A DNA stretch of 64,000 bases, from NCBI GenBank assembly GCA_010909165.1, contig MU008158.1, positions 2,629,478 to 2,693,477 of the forward strand, in the 5' to 3' direction. Shown here in pieces: positions 26,425 through 38,235 of this stretch. Position 1 is the first letter of the stretch; every line of letters starts with the position of its first letter. The translations under genes and the position numbers were made by a program. The stretch comes from Anthoceros angustus (lineage: Eukaryota; Plantae; Anthocerotophyta). A model generated the notes under the pieces. The model saw only the letters and a program-made list of their open reading frames with translations. It ran no database searches and had not been told where the DNA came from.

Positions 26425-27959
26425 GTTCTTGCCAACCTTTGTTCACTATATCCTTTTCAATGGTTTATATTTACAACAAGGTCTCCTTGGAGCTGGTGAC
26501 GGCTCCTGGTCACTAGTTGGAAGGGTGTACACCAGGTCGAAAGGTATACAAAAGCCACCCAAAACCATGTTTTCCTGATTTCATGAAAAAAAAACCCCTG
26601 AACCTAGGAGCAAATCATAGAGGGATCTGTTTTCCCGTATTTGTATGTCCTCATCTCATATTAGTTTGGCTAACCAGCGGTACATTGCCTATAAAGATTT
26701 GAAAATCGTGGCAACTTTGTATGGACAACAAAAATGCAAGCGCAATGGAAATCCACATGTGTTGAGTCGGTGTCCACCGTCATGGTCACCCTCTACATTA
26801 GTGGGGAGGTCGTGGTGGCACCGGACGCCTGCATAAACCTTGCATCTCACGCCCAATGCTCATGCTGGAGTGGAGGAAGATTCGGACGCCTACCGCTCAT
26901 GTCTCAGACACATGAGCCGCGACCCCGTCTGCGAATCGTTTGGAAGTGGCGCAATGCCTCGAATATTTGCATGCGATGGAGACCTCACCTCCACGACTAC
27001 TCAAACGAGAATTCCACATGGGCGATGGAAATTGGACCGCACTGGTGGCAATCACAACATGGGCAGCCTTTCAAGCACGAGTGATCACTGCTTCATTGCT
27101 TGGTCCTTAAGGAATTTGGTTGAGGCGGGAGCTGGCGGTGCACTTGCAAACCTTGAGCGTGTTGATCAACACTGGATTCCACGGGGTTGGGCGGTGTGAA
27201 TGGTGTGGAGGGCAAAGGAGCACGACATGTCGGTGTACTTGGTGGTCAAGGATAAAATTGGAGAAAGTCATCTTGCTACATGTGTGTAAAGGCGGTGTTA
27301 GTGCGGCTATGTGAAAGCGATTGAACATGTTGTGTTTGAAGTTGGATTGTCACATGACATCCATTGTCATCTTCGTTCATTGTTTTATCTCGTGGGTTTA
27401 CAACATACAGTCTTCCTAGCGAGGAGATTAGGAGCGATTTGGCGATTGTATTGATACGCTGCATGCATGCGAATGGGCGCCGCAGCGCTTCTTTGAAATC
27501 GGTCCGTTGTTTACATGAAATCCATACCTTGCACGATGCGACCAGACGCCCATGATCTCGCTCATCAAATACCGTCAATCTGAACACATTCTCGAATCGT
27601 CACCACTCCCATGCTTCCTTGCGTGCTCCACCGGCCGTGTTCGTTGTCTAGAGTGCTCCGGGGACCTTGCCGCTTTGATGTGTTTGTTGTGTTCATAGCC
27701 TTGCACGTTCTACCAAAGTGCGAGATACCACCGGTATCCCTTAAGACCCACACGGTTCCTCCTACGGAATCCTCGAAACAAACACGTAGCCTATCCACTT
27801 GTCATGCGACACACCTCGATCTGTGAGCAAAGTTTTCCAATCCTACATCCCCACCATCATCGAAGCACACGGAGGAGGTGCTCTTGCCTCCTTCACTTGC
27901 TCCGCATCCCCAAGGACCATTGAGTTGTCGCTGCATGCTTCACCACATGCCATATGACC

Positions 27960-28745
27960 CTTGGTCTCGGGCTTCCTCGTTGGTCTGCTTCAACGACACA
28001 TATGAACCCGGGCACCGACCATGTTGTTCACCATGGGCTCCTTATTGAGCGTCTTTCCGCCTCCATAGCCGGGCTCCTCGCCCACCTCCTCCTCTTAGTC
28101 GGCCCTGTCCATGGAATTGATTCAAGGTCCATGAATTGGCGCTGGGATCCACATCAGCGAAATGACATTACGGCATAAGCGAGCAGTGCTATCATACGGA
28201 TCCGATCCTCCACCGCGTCCACCCAATCTCCCTCTCTCACGGTGAATCAACCTCTTCAAGAGTCTTAGGGGCTTGATGAGGAAACAACCCGATCATCCAG
28301 CGGTGTTGTAACACAATTTTAGTTCCTTTGCGTTCGGCAAACAAAGTTGTCACTCCGCCAAGTTGCGTCGGTTCTCGAGCACAAGCGGTTGAGGCACACA
28401 ATCCTTATCCAAGCTCCTGGCGCAAGTGAAAAGTCCCCATCGGCTGTCCTCGACAATCTTTGTCACATTGGTTTTATACCCGGTAACATGTCGTCCAGCA
28501 CACTGCGCTTCCATCGGCACTTCTCTCACCATAGATGTGTCATCCGAGAATGGAAGACCACAATCGAAATACGGGATGTGGTGATGCCTTTGAGCGCATG
28601 ATGACCCCTTCAAACTACGCCTTGGTAAATCTTGTGTCATCTTGTGATTGGCGATCTTTCCGGCTGCAGTCTAACGGTGCACAATCCCGTGTCGTTGTAG
28701 TAAGTCCGCTCCCAAGAGAATGATGCTCCGTTTGCGCGTTTTGTT
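27960..28745 (-). pseudogene. Frameshifted beta-class N6-adenine/N4-cytosine DNA methyltransferase domain (PF01555-like)
   Basis: Manual reconstruction: SFS-GADL(P)YN at 28694-28723 (needs a 2-nt indel). About 165 codons later come PHQ-PLRLLKRLIH, EGDWV-DA, GGGS, RNVISL and DVDP at 28145-28282, matching KP..LL..LI...GD.VLD.F.GSG......GR..I..E. The motif IV before motif I order is beta-class. Confidence 0.72.
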
Positions 28746-28778
28746 GATTCTCACCTCACCTCACCTCACCTCACCTTA

Positions 28779-31700
28779 TGGTCGACCTTAAAACACATTC
28801 GTTATCTTGCGCTAACTACCGTAGCGTCCAGTCGAGGCGGTGCGGCCAAAAGCGTTTAAGGACCCGTTGCGTCAGAGTATCGTTCACACGTTCTCGTTCC
28901 TCCACTCTCACTACACTCATCAACCTTGGGAAAAAAGCGAATGGCTACCAGTCAGGACCTCCTCCGTCGCTCGGCGGCCTCTCCGTCCAGGGCTCTGCCG
29001 CCCTCCGGAGTTCCTCCGGCTCACCGCGTTCGGTCCGTTCGTCGGGCGGCTGCTCTGGGCGAACAAGGGTCCCGATCGCTCTTCTGCACACCACCACGTT
29101 AGGGTCCGTCACGGACCTTGATCGATCTCTCCGGCATCGTGCACCTTTCGATGACTCGGGACTCACGTTAGCAGAAGACGCACAAGAGTGCGCAAAGCAG
29201 CAGAGAAGATGATTTATTGAGGCGCCTCGGCCCTCTTATACTCGCGAAGGTCGGCGCCTTTATTACACCTCTATTACTGAGGGGACGGCTCGGTGTGCTA
29301 AGGCCGCCTACTATCCTCCTATTCCTCCTATCGCCGTCGGTGGTGGTGGGATATTTTGATTCCTTCTTGGGCACGGCCCAAAGCGAGCCACTCATTGCAG
29401 GCACCCAATCGGATGATCAGCGGGCCCCTTCCTCTTCAGGAGCGCCCGGCGGCGGCGCTGACAGCGATCACCACTAAGTCCTCCTCCCCCTCTCTTATCT
29501 CTCTGGCGGGCCCCTGCGCAATGGGCCCTCAGTGGATCTGCTGAAATTTGGTGGTGGCTCTCCCCACTCCCTAGTCTGGACCTCGGGACCCGTCTCGACT
29601 CGGTCAGGACCTCTAGGTCAGTCTTCCCTCTGAGGTCGGTCTCACAGTGTCAGCCTTCTTTGGAGTCGGACCTCGGGGTCCGGACTTGCCTCCTCTGAGG
29701 TCGGTCTTGGACCCAACCCTTCCCAGTCCGGACCTCGGGGTTGGACTCGTCACTAAGTCTGGATCTCTAAGTCCGGACTTCCTTGAGGCGGACTTGGGAT
29801 CGCCTTCCTCGAGTCGGGACAAAGTCCGGACCACTCTGGCTACGCCTCCTCAGGCGATCACGGGCTCATCACTGAGCCCTCCCTTGGTTCCAGATGCCCG
29901 GTTGCGCCCTTCCTTCCTCCCAGATCCTCCTCCCTTCCTTCCATGTGAGGGGGTCAGTGCTTACCTCGGTGTGACCCTTCCTCCTCCGGCTCCTCCGCTG
30001 CTCTCCCTCGCTGCTGCTGCCGTCGTCAAGCAGCGCTCCTAGGGCTCCGTGGCTGTTGTCCCGATCCTCCTCCTCCTCCTCCTCCTTCCGACCCTTACGG
30101 AAGTCCACCCTCCACGCCTGGGGTGGCGCGGGACCTCGAGCCTTGAGGAGCTCTGCGTGGTAGTAGGCGTCGGAATCGACTTTGAATCGCCTCTTCCACA
30201 TGAGCCGGGCACGGTACTCCCTCCTCGGTGCTCGGCGGTGGGCATGTCGTCCCGGCTTTCTTGTCTCCGTGGCCAAGCTTACGGTATGTGGCGGGCGGAC
30301 TCCCTTGATGCCGTCAAGGCGGCCTCCGTCACCTCTGCGGCCTTGGCTGCTCGGCGTTCTCCTCCTCCGTCGTTGTTCCGGCTCACTTGATTTGCGGGCC
30401 ATGGGTGAGCTCCCCTTCTCACGGACGGCGTTGCTTCTCCTCATGCTTTCCTCCCTCTCCGTCTATTCTTTCCGGTCGCTACTTCCTTCTCCAGGCGGGC
30501 GGTATCCCGTCGACTCACCTCATCTCCTGCTGCGTGCGTCGAACTCCTTGCACGCGCCTATTCTCCTCCGTCTTCGGGCTGGAGCGTTCTATCTCTCGCT
30601 CGAAGTCTTGGATTCTCTCGTTGAGAACCCCTGCTTTTCCGTCGTCTTGGGTTACTCAAAATATCCTTCTTGTCCTCCGGCTCTGCCGCGCCCTTCTACC
30701 TCCACCTCCTGCTGCCTTGACGTCGAACTCCTTGCCGTCGCCTATTCTCCTCCGTCTTCAAGCGGCTGGGCGTTCTATCTCTCGCTCGAAGTCTTGGATT
30801 CTCGTTGAGAACCCCTAACTGCTCCGTCGTCTTGGAGTTGCGGCTCCAAAAGGTATCCTTCTTTGTCCTCCGGCTCACACGCGCCCTTCTACCTCCCTTT
30901 GCACCACAGGGTCCCGATCTCCCGGGTCTTGACCTCAGCGCCTCCTCACGGCTCGGCCGTGCTTGCTCAGCTGCTCGGCCTTGAGTTGGCAGCGGCTACC
31001 CGGCCGTCTCCCTCCACGGTTCGATCCCGATAGTGATCCCGGTCGACCCCTTAGTGGCTTCCGCTTCGTCTTGCCTTGGTGAGCCTCGAGTATCTGTTGG
31101 CGGGCCGCCTCGGCCGTCGCGAGCCCTCTCCGCCTCTGCTGCGCCTCCTCCTTCGTTGGCGAGATCCTCGGCCGTGCTTGGGCCTCCATGCACCTTGTGC
31201 TCACCCGGTGAAGAAACTTGAGTCTGTCGAATGGACGGACTTCTCTTCGGCCTCCGGCGCTTCCCTCTTGATCACGGAGGCCACGCCTTCCTCCTCGCCT
31301 CTGGGCGCCTCCATCTCACGGAGGAGCACCATCGCCTCCTTGTGGCTTCCACCTCCACAGGTCTTCTCGGCCGTCCGAGACCCCAGAGCATCTGATCCAT
31401 GTGCAGGACCAGTGTCTCTTCCAGGCGCCATTGAGTGAGGCCCCAAAAGTCCGTTGTGGGCGGGCATCTCTCGTCCCAGGACCTCCATACCTTGATCCGG
31501 GGCAGTCAGGTGGGCTCTCCGGACCTAATCGGGTCCCTTAGGTCTGAGTCTGGGGTCAAGCCTCACTCTCTTTAGCCCTCTTGGCATGATTCCTTATTCG
31601 CCCTCTTCTCACAGGGCTCGGAGGGTGAGGGGTTCGAGTTGACCCCTTGCCTCTCCCGGTCGGAGGCAGGACCCGGCTCGGGTGGGGTTGCTGCGGTGGC

Positions 31701-34700
31701 CTCCACTCCTTGGCGGCGTCTCTTCTGCCCTTCTCCGCCTCTGCTGCGCCTCCTCCGCCGTTGGCGAGATCCTCGGCCGTGCTTGGGCCTCTGTATGCTT
31801 GTTGCTCACCCACCGGTGAAGAAACTTAGTCATCTGTCGAATGGACGGACTTCTCTTCGGCCTCCGGCGCTTCCCTCTCGATGCGGCCGAGGCTTCCGCC
31901 TTCCTCCTCGCCTCTCACAGGCGCCTCCATCACGGAGGAGCACCATCGCCTCCTTGTGGCTTCCACCTCCACAGGTCTTCTCGGCCGTCCCAGAGACCCC
32001 GAGCATCAAATCCAGCGGTGGCAGGACCAGTGTCTCTTCCACAGGCGCCATTGAGTGAGGCCCCAAAAGTCCGTTGTGGGCGGGCATCTCGTCGCCAAGG
32101 ACCTCCATACCTTGATCCGGGCGAGTCAGGCTGGGCTCTCGGACCTAATCGGGTCCCTTAGGTCCTCAGAGTCGAGCCTCACCTCTTTAGCCCTCTTGGC
32201 GCCAATTCCTTATTCGCCCTCTTTCTCACAGGGCTCGGAGGGTGAGGGGTTGAGGACCCTCTTGCCTCTCCCGGTCGGAGGCAGGACCCGGCTCGGGTGG
32301 GGTTGCTGCGGTGGCCTCCGCTCCTTGGCGGCGTCTCTTCGCCCTTCTCACGCCTCTTGACTTCACTCCGTGGGCGGCGGGCACAGGCGCCGTCCGGTGT
32401 TGCGTTGGCGGGTGGCCGTCTTCGCCTCTTGACTGAGGTCAGTCGGGGCTCATCAGCTCGTGTCGTGGTGTGGTGTCGGGCAGGCCGCTCCTACAGGCCG
32501 CCTCTGCTTTGCCGGCGCTCGGGGGCACCAAGAGGAGGCGGGGATGTCCTCCACACTTCCCTTGGTGGCGAGGAGTCCGCTCAAGCGTATGGAATCAGGA
32601 TTCCCAGTCGTCTTCCTCCGGCTCTCTTGCTCCGGACGGGCCTCCTCCTCAGGCGCCTTTGCCTCGCCGGTGGGCCTTCCCTTCGGCGCCGCTCTTCTTC
32701 CCTCTTGCCTTGAGGTCGTAGTGTCCCCACACATGGATCGGTATGGGATAGTCGTGGTGGCTTCTCACACCTCGGCTTGCGAGCCTCACAGGCGACAGGC
32801 GAAGATGATCCTTCCCAGTCGGCCCTCTTGCCCATTGCGGATGAACACCAATAAATTGTCACCAAGGTGATCTACCTTGGTGGCGATTCGATGGACAATG
32901 ATCAAGGGCCTTGCCCTCACCTCTTTAGCCCTCTTGGCCATGATTCCTATTCGCCCTCTTTCTCCACAGGGCTCGGAGGGTGAGGGGTTGAGGAGTGACC
33001 CCTTGCCTCTCCCGGTCGGAGGCAGGACCCGGCTCGGGTGGGGTTCTGATGGCCTCCACGCTCCTTGGCGGCGTCTCTTCTGCCCTTCTCACGCCTCTTG
33101 ACTTCTTGCCACTCTCCGTTGGCGAGGCAAGGCACAGGCGCCGTCAAAGTGTTGCGTTGGCGGGTGTACGTCTTCCGCCTCTTGACCCCCAGCAGTCGTC
33201 GGGGCTCATCAGTACCGTCGTGGGTGGTGGGTGAGTGTCGGGCCGGCGCCGCTCCCTCCACAGGGCCGCCTCTGCTTGCCTTGCACTCGGTGGGGGCACC
33301 AAGGGAGGGATGTCCTCCACACTTCCCTTGGTGGCGAGTCGCTCAAGCGTATGGAATCAGGATTCCCTCGATCGTCCTTCCTCCGGCTCTCTTGCTGGGC
33401 CTTCCTCCTCAGGCGCCTTTGCCTCCGCTTCGGTGGCCTTTCGGCGCCGCTCTTCTTCCTCCTTGGGAGGTCGTAGTGTCCCCACATGGATCGGTATGGG
33501 ATAGTCACGGAGTGGCTTCTCACACCTCGGCTTGTGAGCCTCACAGGCGGGCGAAGATGATCCTTCCCGATCGCCCTCTTGCCTCTGCGCATGCGGGAAC
33601 ACCAATAAATTGTCACCAAGGTGATCTACCTTGGTGAGCATTCAGTGGACAATGATCAAGACCCTTGCCCTCACCCTTTCAGCATCGACCCGGTAGTTGG
33701 TTGTTGCGCGTCAACCTTCGCCTTTACGCCTCTATCTTTCCCTCTTGCCTTGAGGGGTTGGGACTCGCCCCAATTTCTTCTGTGGGCGGTTGTAAGCCGC
33801 CTCGGACCTCAAGGTCCACCTCCTAGGATCCTCCGGAGGTTCTTGGATCGAACCTCCTTGTTGGCTGCCAACATCTTAGGCGTACTCCGGACTAGTGGCT
33901 GCTTGTCAAATGTCGAACTGACTGGGACGTCAGGTGCCACTCCTCGACCAATCCCCGCCTCCTCCACGGCCCGAAGTCCGGATAGCGCCGGGTGACAATG
34001 TTGCGCTCCACCAAGTTCCATGGCGCCCATACCTCCATGACCTTCTTGGGTCCCATCGCCTCCTTCTTCTTACTCCGGCTGTGAGCGATTGTCCATCGGC
34101 GGCACGATCGCCCTCTTGGCGTTGCTCCAACCCCAAGGTGAGCGGCGCGAGGTGCTGGCGTTCGGAGAGATGGCGCCCGGGCGGGGTTGCGGGCGCGAAG
34201 GCTGGTGTCTCGGTCGCCACGGAGAATGACCCTCTCGTCGGCGCGTTGTTGGGAGTAACGGCGGGAGGTGCCCCTTCACATCATGTTGATGCGCAGCTTG
34301 CCTCACCTTGCGCTTCCGCCTGCGGCGCCTCAGCCAGCGCGATGCAGGCGTGAATACACCTGCCTCGCGGCCCACAGCAAGGTCGGTCTGCTGCATGCCG
34401 TCTTCCATTCGGGGCCGTCACGTGGCGCGGTGCGCATGGCTTACTCTCACCTTCGCTTGCCTACTGCGGCCTTCTGTTTGTCGCGCGATGCAGGCGTGAA
34501 TACACTGCCTGCGGCCCACAGCAGGTGTCCTGGCCATGCCGTCTTCCATTCGGGGCCGTCACGTGGCGCCGCTCTGTCGACTCACGACTCAACTTCTAAG
34601 TTACTTTCCTGGCGTACTTATCCCGTTTTGACCGGAGTGGGGTCGGACTTATCCGATACCCGGCGTGCGGTCCGTGGCTCGTAGTGGTCTTGGGGTCCGT

Positions 34701-34790
34701 TACCTACTCCAGTCGGTGCACTCGACCTGATCGGGGCCGTCGTGCTTATTCCTCCTTTCCTTATTTTACGCCGGACCTCTGAAAAAAAAC
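28779..34790 (-). mobile_element. 5'-truncated LTR-retrotransposon-like remnant (probable 3' LTR ~28779-29871 plus repeat-rich 3' internal region) inserted into the ParB-MTase gene
   Basis: On the minus strand a purine tract aagggagggctcag is followed by TGATGAGCCC at 29871, with tataagagg and aataaa at ~29240-29212. The internal region is GC-rich, has degenerate ORFs and tandem repeats, and shows no RT/IN motifs or second LTR. Boundaries are approximate. Confidence 0.5.
30570..33650. repeat. Nested tandem duplications (about 190 bp x2, 610 bp x2, 735 bp x2, with a shared block present x3)
   Basis: ggcgttctatctctcgctcgaagtcttggattctc at ~30582 and ~30769. gcgagatcctcggccgtgcttgggcctc at ~31160 and ~31764. 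cagggctcggagggtgagggg...gcaggacccggctcgggtgggg at ~31612, ~32228 and ~32967. accaataaattgtcaccaaggtgatctaccttgg at ~32847 and ~33601. Confidence 0.9.
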
Positions 34791-34809
34791 AAAACCATTT
34801 CCTAACCCC

Positions 34810-36700
34810 AAGGGAAGTCGTAGCCCACATACTCTCGTGATTGGGGATCTAGATCCAAGCCTCAGGAGGTCTAACAAGCATCTGTCGGGGCTCTACAAAG
34901 CGGGCCATGTTCACTATGTTGCCACGGTATCCGACCTTTGGGTTTTTCGGCTTGGAGTCGTTCACGATTGTCATCAACTTATCCTCGGATGTGGTCGATT
35001 TCAAGGCACGTTGCGACTCCTCCATCTTCCAAGCTCGCCTTGAATATGTGCTCCTTGAAGTTCTCGGTGGGGCACCCACTCAAGGCAAGTGTTGGCCTGC
35101 AGACATGAAAGACACATCCCACCAGTCAAATGCAACCGGACGTTCTACCGTTCGAATGTACGGTGTGAAGGCCTCCACTTTCCATGACTTATAAGGACAA
35201 GAAGCAGCACAAGAGAGAAACTCCGATTTGGGTATAGCTAAGTGTTCATCGAGGACAGTTTTTGAAGGCGGTGGAAGTTACTAATTTGATTCACCATGCG
35301 ATGTCGGGATATCGTTCTGAACCTCTTCAAATGTCTCACAGTGCAAATGCTTGGCGATGTCACATGGATGAGGTTGAGTTTTTGGCCTTGTCCACCCACA
35401 CGAACATTTGTTTCAATGTCAATTCTCCGGCCGGACTTTCATGCATGTTGTCTTCAAGTTGTTGTTCCAGTATATTGATGCCACGAAACACTTCCATACC
35501 CTCACTGGTATACTAAGCTCCTTTGTGTCAATGACCAAGTTTGCTCTAACTTGGTTTGTCTTCCTTGAATTCTGCGGGCCTTATTTGTTTGGAGAGCCAG
35601 GCTTCCTGCTCGACAAGCTTGCGTCTCCCACTTCTCAAAGATTTCATCCACGTACTTCCACACCTCATCATCAACCTTATAACACAATAATCCGATGTCC
35701 GGTTGTCCACGAGGCGGTGATAGCGACCTTAGGTCCATGCTTGGCGCATCCCACTTAGGAACCACCTTGGGGCATATATCTCAACTTCGTCTAAGTCACA
35801 CTTGACCCATAGCTTTGGCCTTCATCTCGATTCGATGTACCTCACACGGTCGATGAAAGTAAAAGTCTTCACGGCATCCGCAATGGTGTTGTGATCGGTA
35901 ACTAACCTCATCTCCTCATTTGTGAGGCCGGCAAGAACATATGCATCCATCCACTGCACTCTTGAACCAATGGATACAAGTCGGCTAGTCTAGATCGCTG
36001 GAAGGAATGATTCCCTCCAATACATAAAATTTGTACACCCCGATCCACCTTATCCATGTCAAAGAAGTTCTTGTTGGGACCTTTGGGCGGGTCTACAATG
36101 ACAATCATGGGCACACACCCACGTGGAATGCTTCATCTTTTGCATCAAAGCCTCCACCCAAGCGAGTCTAGCTTACGTACCTTGCCAAAGACAAAGTTCT
36201 TACGAGGTCTGGCTGATGGACAGCTTTAACGTGGACTCCCATACTCTCTTTTCCATAATTGCCTCTCTCGCAACATCTCTCCCCTCGGCCCTCGTCGCTA
36301 ACTGTCATCATCATAGCCCGACAGTCCTTGGCCTTCTCTATGAACTTTGGGAGCTCTTCGCCCCTCTCGGACATCATGTGCCATCGTTGCTTCGCGCGCC
36401 TTGTTGACCTTCCCACCCCGCCGTCCTCCACGGTGCGGCCTCTCAATCCCTTCCCTCTTTTCCTCGATTGTCTACATAGCGGGTGTGGCTTGAACCCTTG
36501 AGTGCCATGGGCGGACCCAAATCCCGGTCCGTTGCATCCACCTACCCCATCGTCATCTTCCACGTCTTCGTCGTCGGGGCTGGATATGATCCACCGGCCT
36601 CGGGCCATCGGAGAATGCCATCGCCAAACCCCTCATTGTCCTGGTCCCCACCCGCATCCTCATCTTCGTCTTCGTCGGCTAGAGGTTAGGGTGACATCAT
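34810..36700 (-). pseudogene. Frameshifted ORF with ParB/Sulfiredoxin-like N-terminal domain; probable 5' half of the methyltransferase gene
   Basis: The minus strand gives VRKLDSAWVEALMQKMKH...VPMIVIVD...IGGNHSF (36004-36021)...RLADLYP...WMDAYVLAGLTNEEMRLV.DHN...FTFIDRVRY, then DDEVWKYVDEIFEKWE. The G.N/H-H motif and context fit the ParB-N/Srx fold; the assignment is from motif recall only. Confidence 0.65.
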
Positions 36701-36829
36701 CGCGGCCATGGGCTAGGAAAAACCAGCGGCTCGAGTGTGGGCGGACTGTTGCTTGGACTCGAAGCCGGACGTCCGTGGCTGCAACCCCTCTTAAGGCTTT
36801 CATTTAAACTAGTTCTGAAAGCGTGTCAG

Positions 36830-37960
36830 CGAATTATATTTTGTGCCACCACCTTTTGTTGCGGTTTCACGCGGCGCGGATCATGCATATCGGTGGCGGT
36901 TGCCAAGCGACTGCGACGATGGATTTACTGATCCCATTAGGGCACTAGGAGTTGCCATTTGATTTCCACTCGAGATGCCATGCTAGGGGCCTTCTGCGCA
37001 GCAGTATGCCCTTTCGATGTAAGCAATGCATCATCCGCACACCTTCTAAACATTGCTTTGGTGCAAAGCCTTGTGGAAGACACGATGTCCATCAGTGTCG
37101 CAATGCCTCAAAGTTCTTGCCTTTTCCGCTCTGGTTGTACGCCACAATGTCAAAGTTCTTCACAGCCTTGTATACTCTAATCCATTGCGGGTCAGACGAA
37201 GAGGCTCCTTGTGCTTGAGCGGATCGGCAATATAGCGTACACTGCTCATCCTTCATATTGTGCGTGAAAACAAGCGCTCCACATTTCTTTTGGCTGGTGT
37301 GGTTCGCATCATCCTCCATCGACACATACAAGAAGAGCAAGTCTTGATTGGGTCGTTGTTGCCTTATCCAACTTCTCTTTGTAATGTCAAATGGCGAGAT
37401 CATCTTGTACATCGGTGGATCAAGTCAATATCGGACCGCTTGTAAGGACTACGGAAAGATGCCTTGGTGAGGATGCTCTTGTGGAAAGACCGCATCGGTG
37501 GCGCGATTTGAGTTGTCCTTGGAGTCGGAGTGCAGGCTCGTCGCCTCGTTCAAGGCACAGTGAGTCTGTACCCTTAGTCGCCTTTTTTCTCCACCGGGCG
37601 TCTGCGATTTGTTGGAGTCATTCTTCCGCTTGAGCCTTGGAGGCCATTACGTATGCAACTATGAAAGAAGTGAGAACAGTGTTTAGATTGTTAAAAGGCG
37701 ATACGCATGACAACTTCTCAAATCAGAGACGATCGTGTGCAAGCGCGGGGTTGAAGTTGATGCTCCTGACGACTAGCCCGGCTGCGCACCCTCGAGAAAC
37801 AGCAATTGCCTGGCGATGAGGAGGTCGAGTGTCTTTATGATGCGGTGCCCGGCTGCCATTGATGGACAAAGTCTTGGTGAGTGTGAGCACGAACCGTTTT
37901 CTCCAGTCCGCGGCAATCTCTTGCCTCTCCCGCCAACACATAAGCTAGAGGGAAATACAC
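36830..37960 (-). pseudogene. Degraded ORF, possibly a Ulp1/C48-like cysteine protease; 5' part continues beyond the Copia insertion at 44023-44200
   Basis: FDITKRSWIRQQRPNQDLLFLYV...(H)WSALVF...CTLY(I)ADPLKH resembles the Ulp1 His/Asp region. The catalytic Cys motif was not clearly recovered. Confidence 0.3.
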
Positions 37961-37968
37961 GTCTTCCC

Positions 37969-38235
37969 TAATGGAATATAGCTTATTTGGAATAAATATG
38001 TGTAAAACATAATAATGATTTAAGTCACAATTAGAATTAGGTTTTGTTTCATTATTAGTTAATTAATAACCGTCAATAACCGTCAATAACCGTCAATAAC
38101 CGTCAATAAGTTTTTGTATAAGACACCTTTTTAATTAGTTGAATATCTTACAATCCCAACTTGCTTTGTCTCCCTTGCTTTCATCTTGCACGATCATCAC
38201 GCATTGCACATGCGATCCTAGCCACAAATTCTTTA
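37969..38235 (+). repeat. Copia 5' LTR (TAATGG...TTCTTTA), containing (aataaccgtc)n
   Basis: Aligns with 43766-44017. Confidence 0.93.

Noticed and set aside
26880-27060. LEVAQCLEYLHAMETSPPRLLKRE resembling a protein kinase subdomain VI
   Set aside because: No HRD/DFG/GxGxxG motifs nearby and there are upstream stops; likely chance similarity.
30570-33650. Repeat-spacer pattern as a CRISPR array
   Set aside because: Units are hundreds of bp tandem duplications without unique spacers, there are no cas genes, and the context is eukaryotic.
28790-34801. aaaacacattc / aaaaccatttc as the TSD of a poly(A)-tailed LINE insertion
   Set aside because: The match is imperfect and A-rich, no LINE ORF2 motifs were seen, and LTR-like signals point to the opposite strand. 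Kept only as an alternative boundary.
34812-34832. YDFPWG read as the methyltransferase DPPY motif
   Set aside because: A better motif IV candidate (FS..ADL-Y) lies at 28694-28723, with the expected ~165-codon spacing to motif I.
36830-37200. Tyrosine recombinase (Crypton/DIRS) interpretation of the ORF next to ParB
   Set aside because: No R...HxxR...Y catalytic signature was recovered.
38075-38110. (aataaccgtc)n as a CRISPR-like or regulatory array
   Set aside because: Perfect 10-bp tandem repeat with no spacers, inside a Copia LTR.
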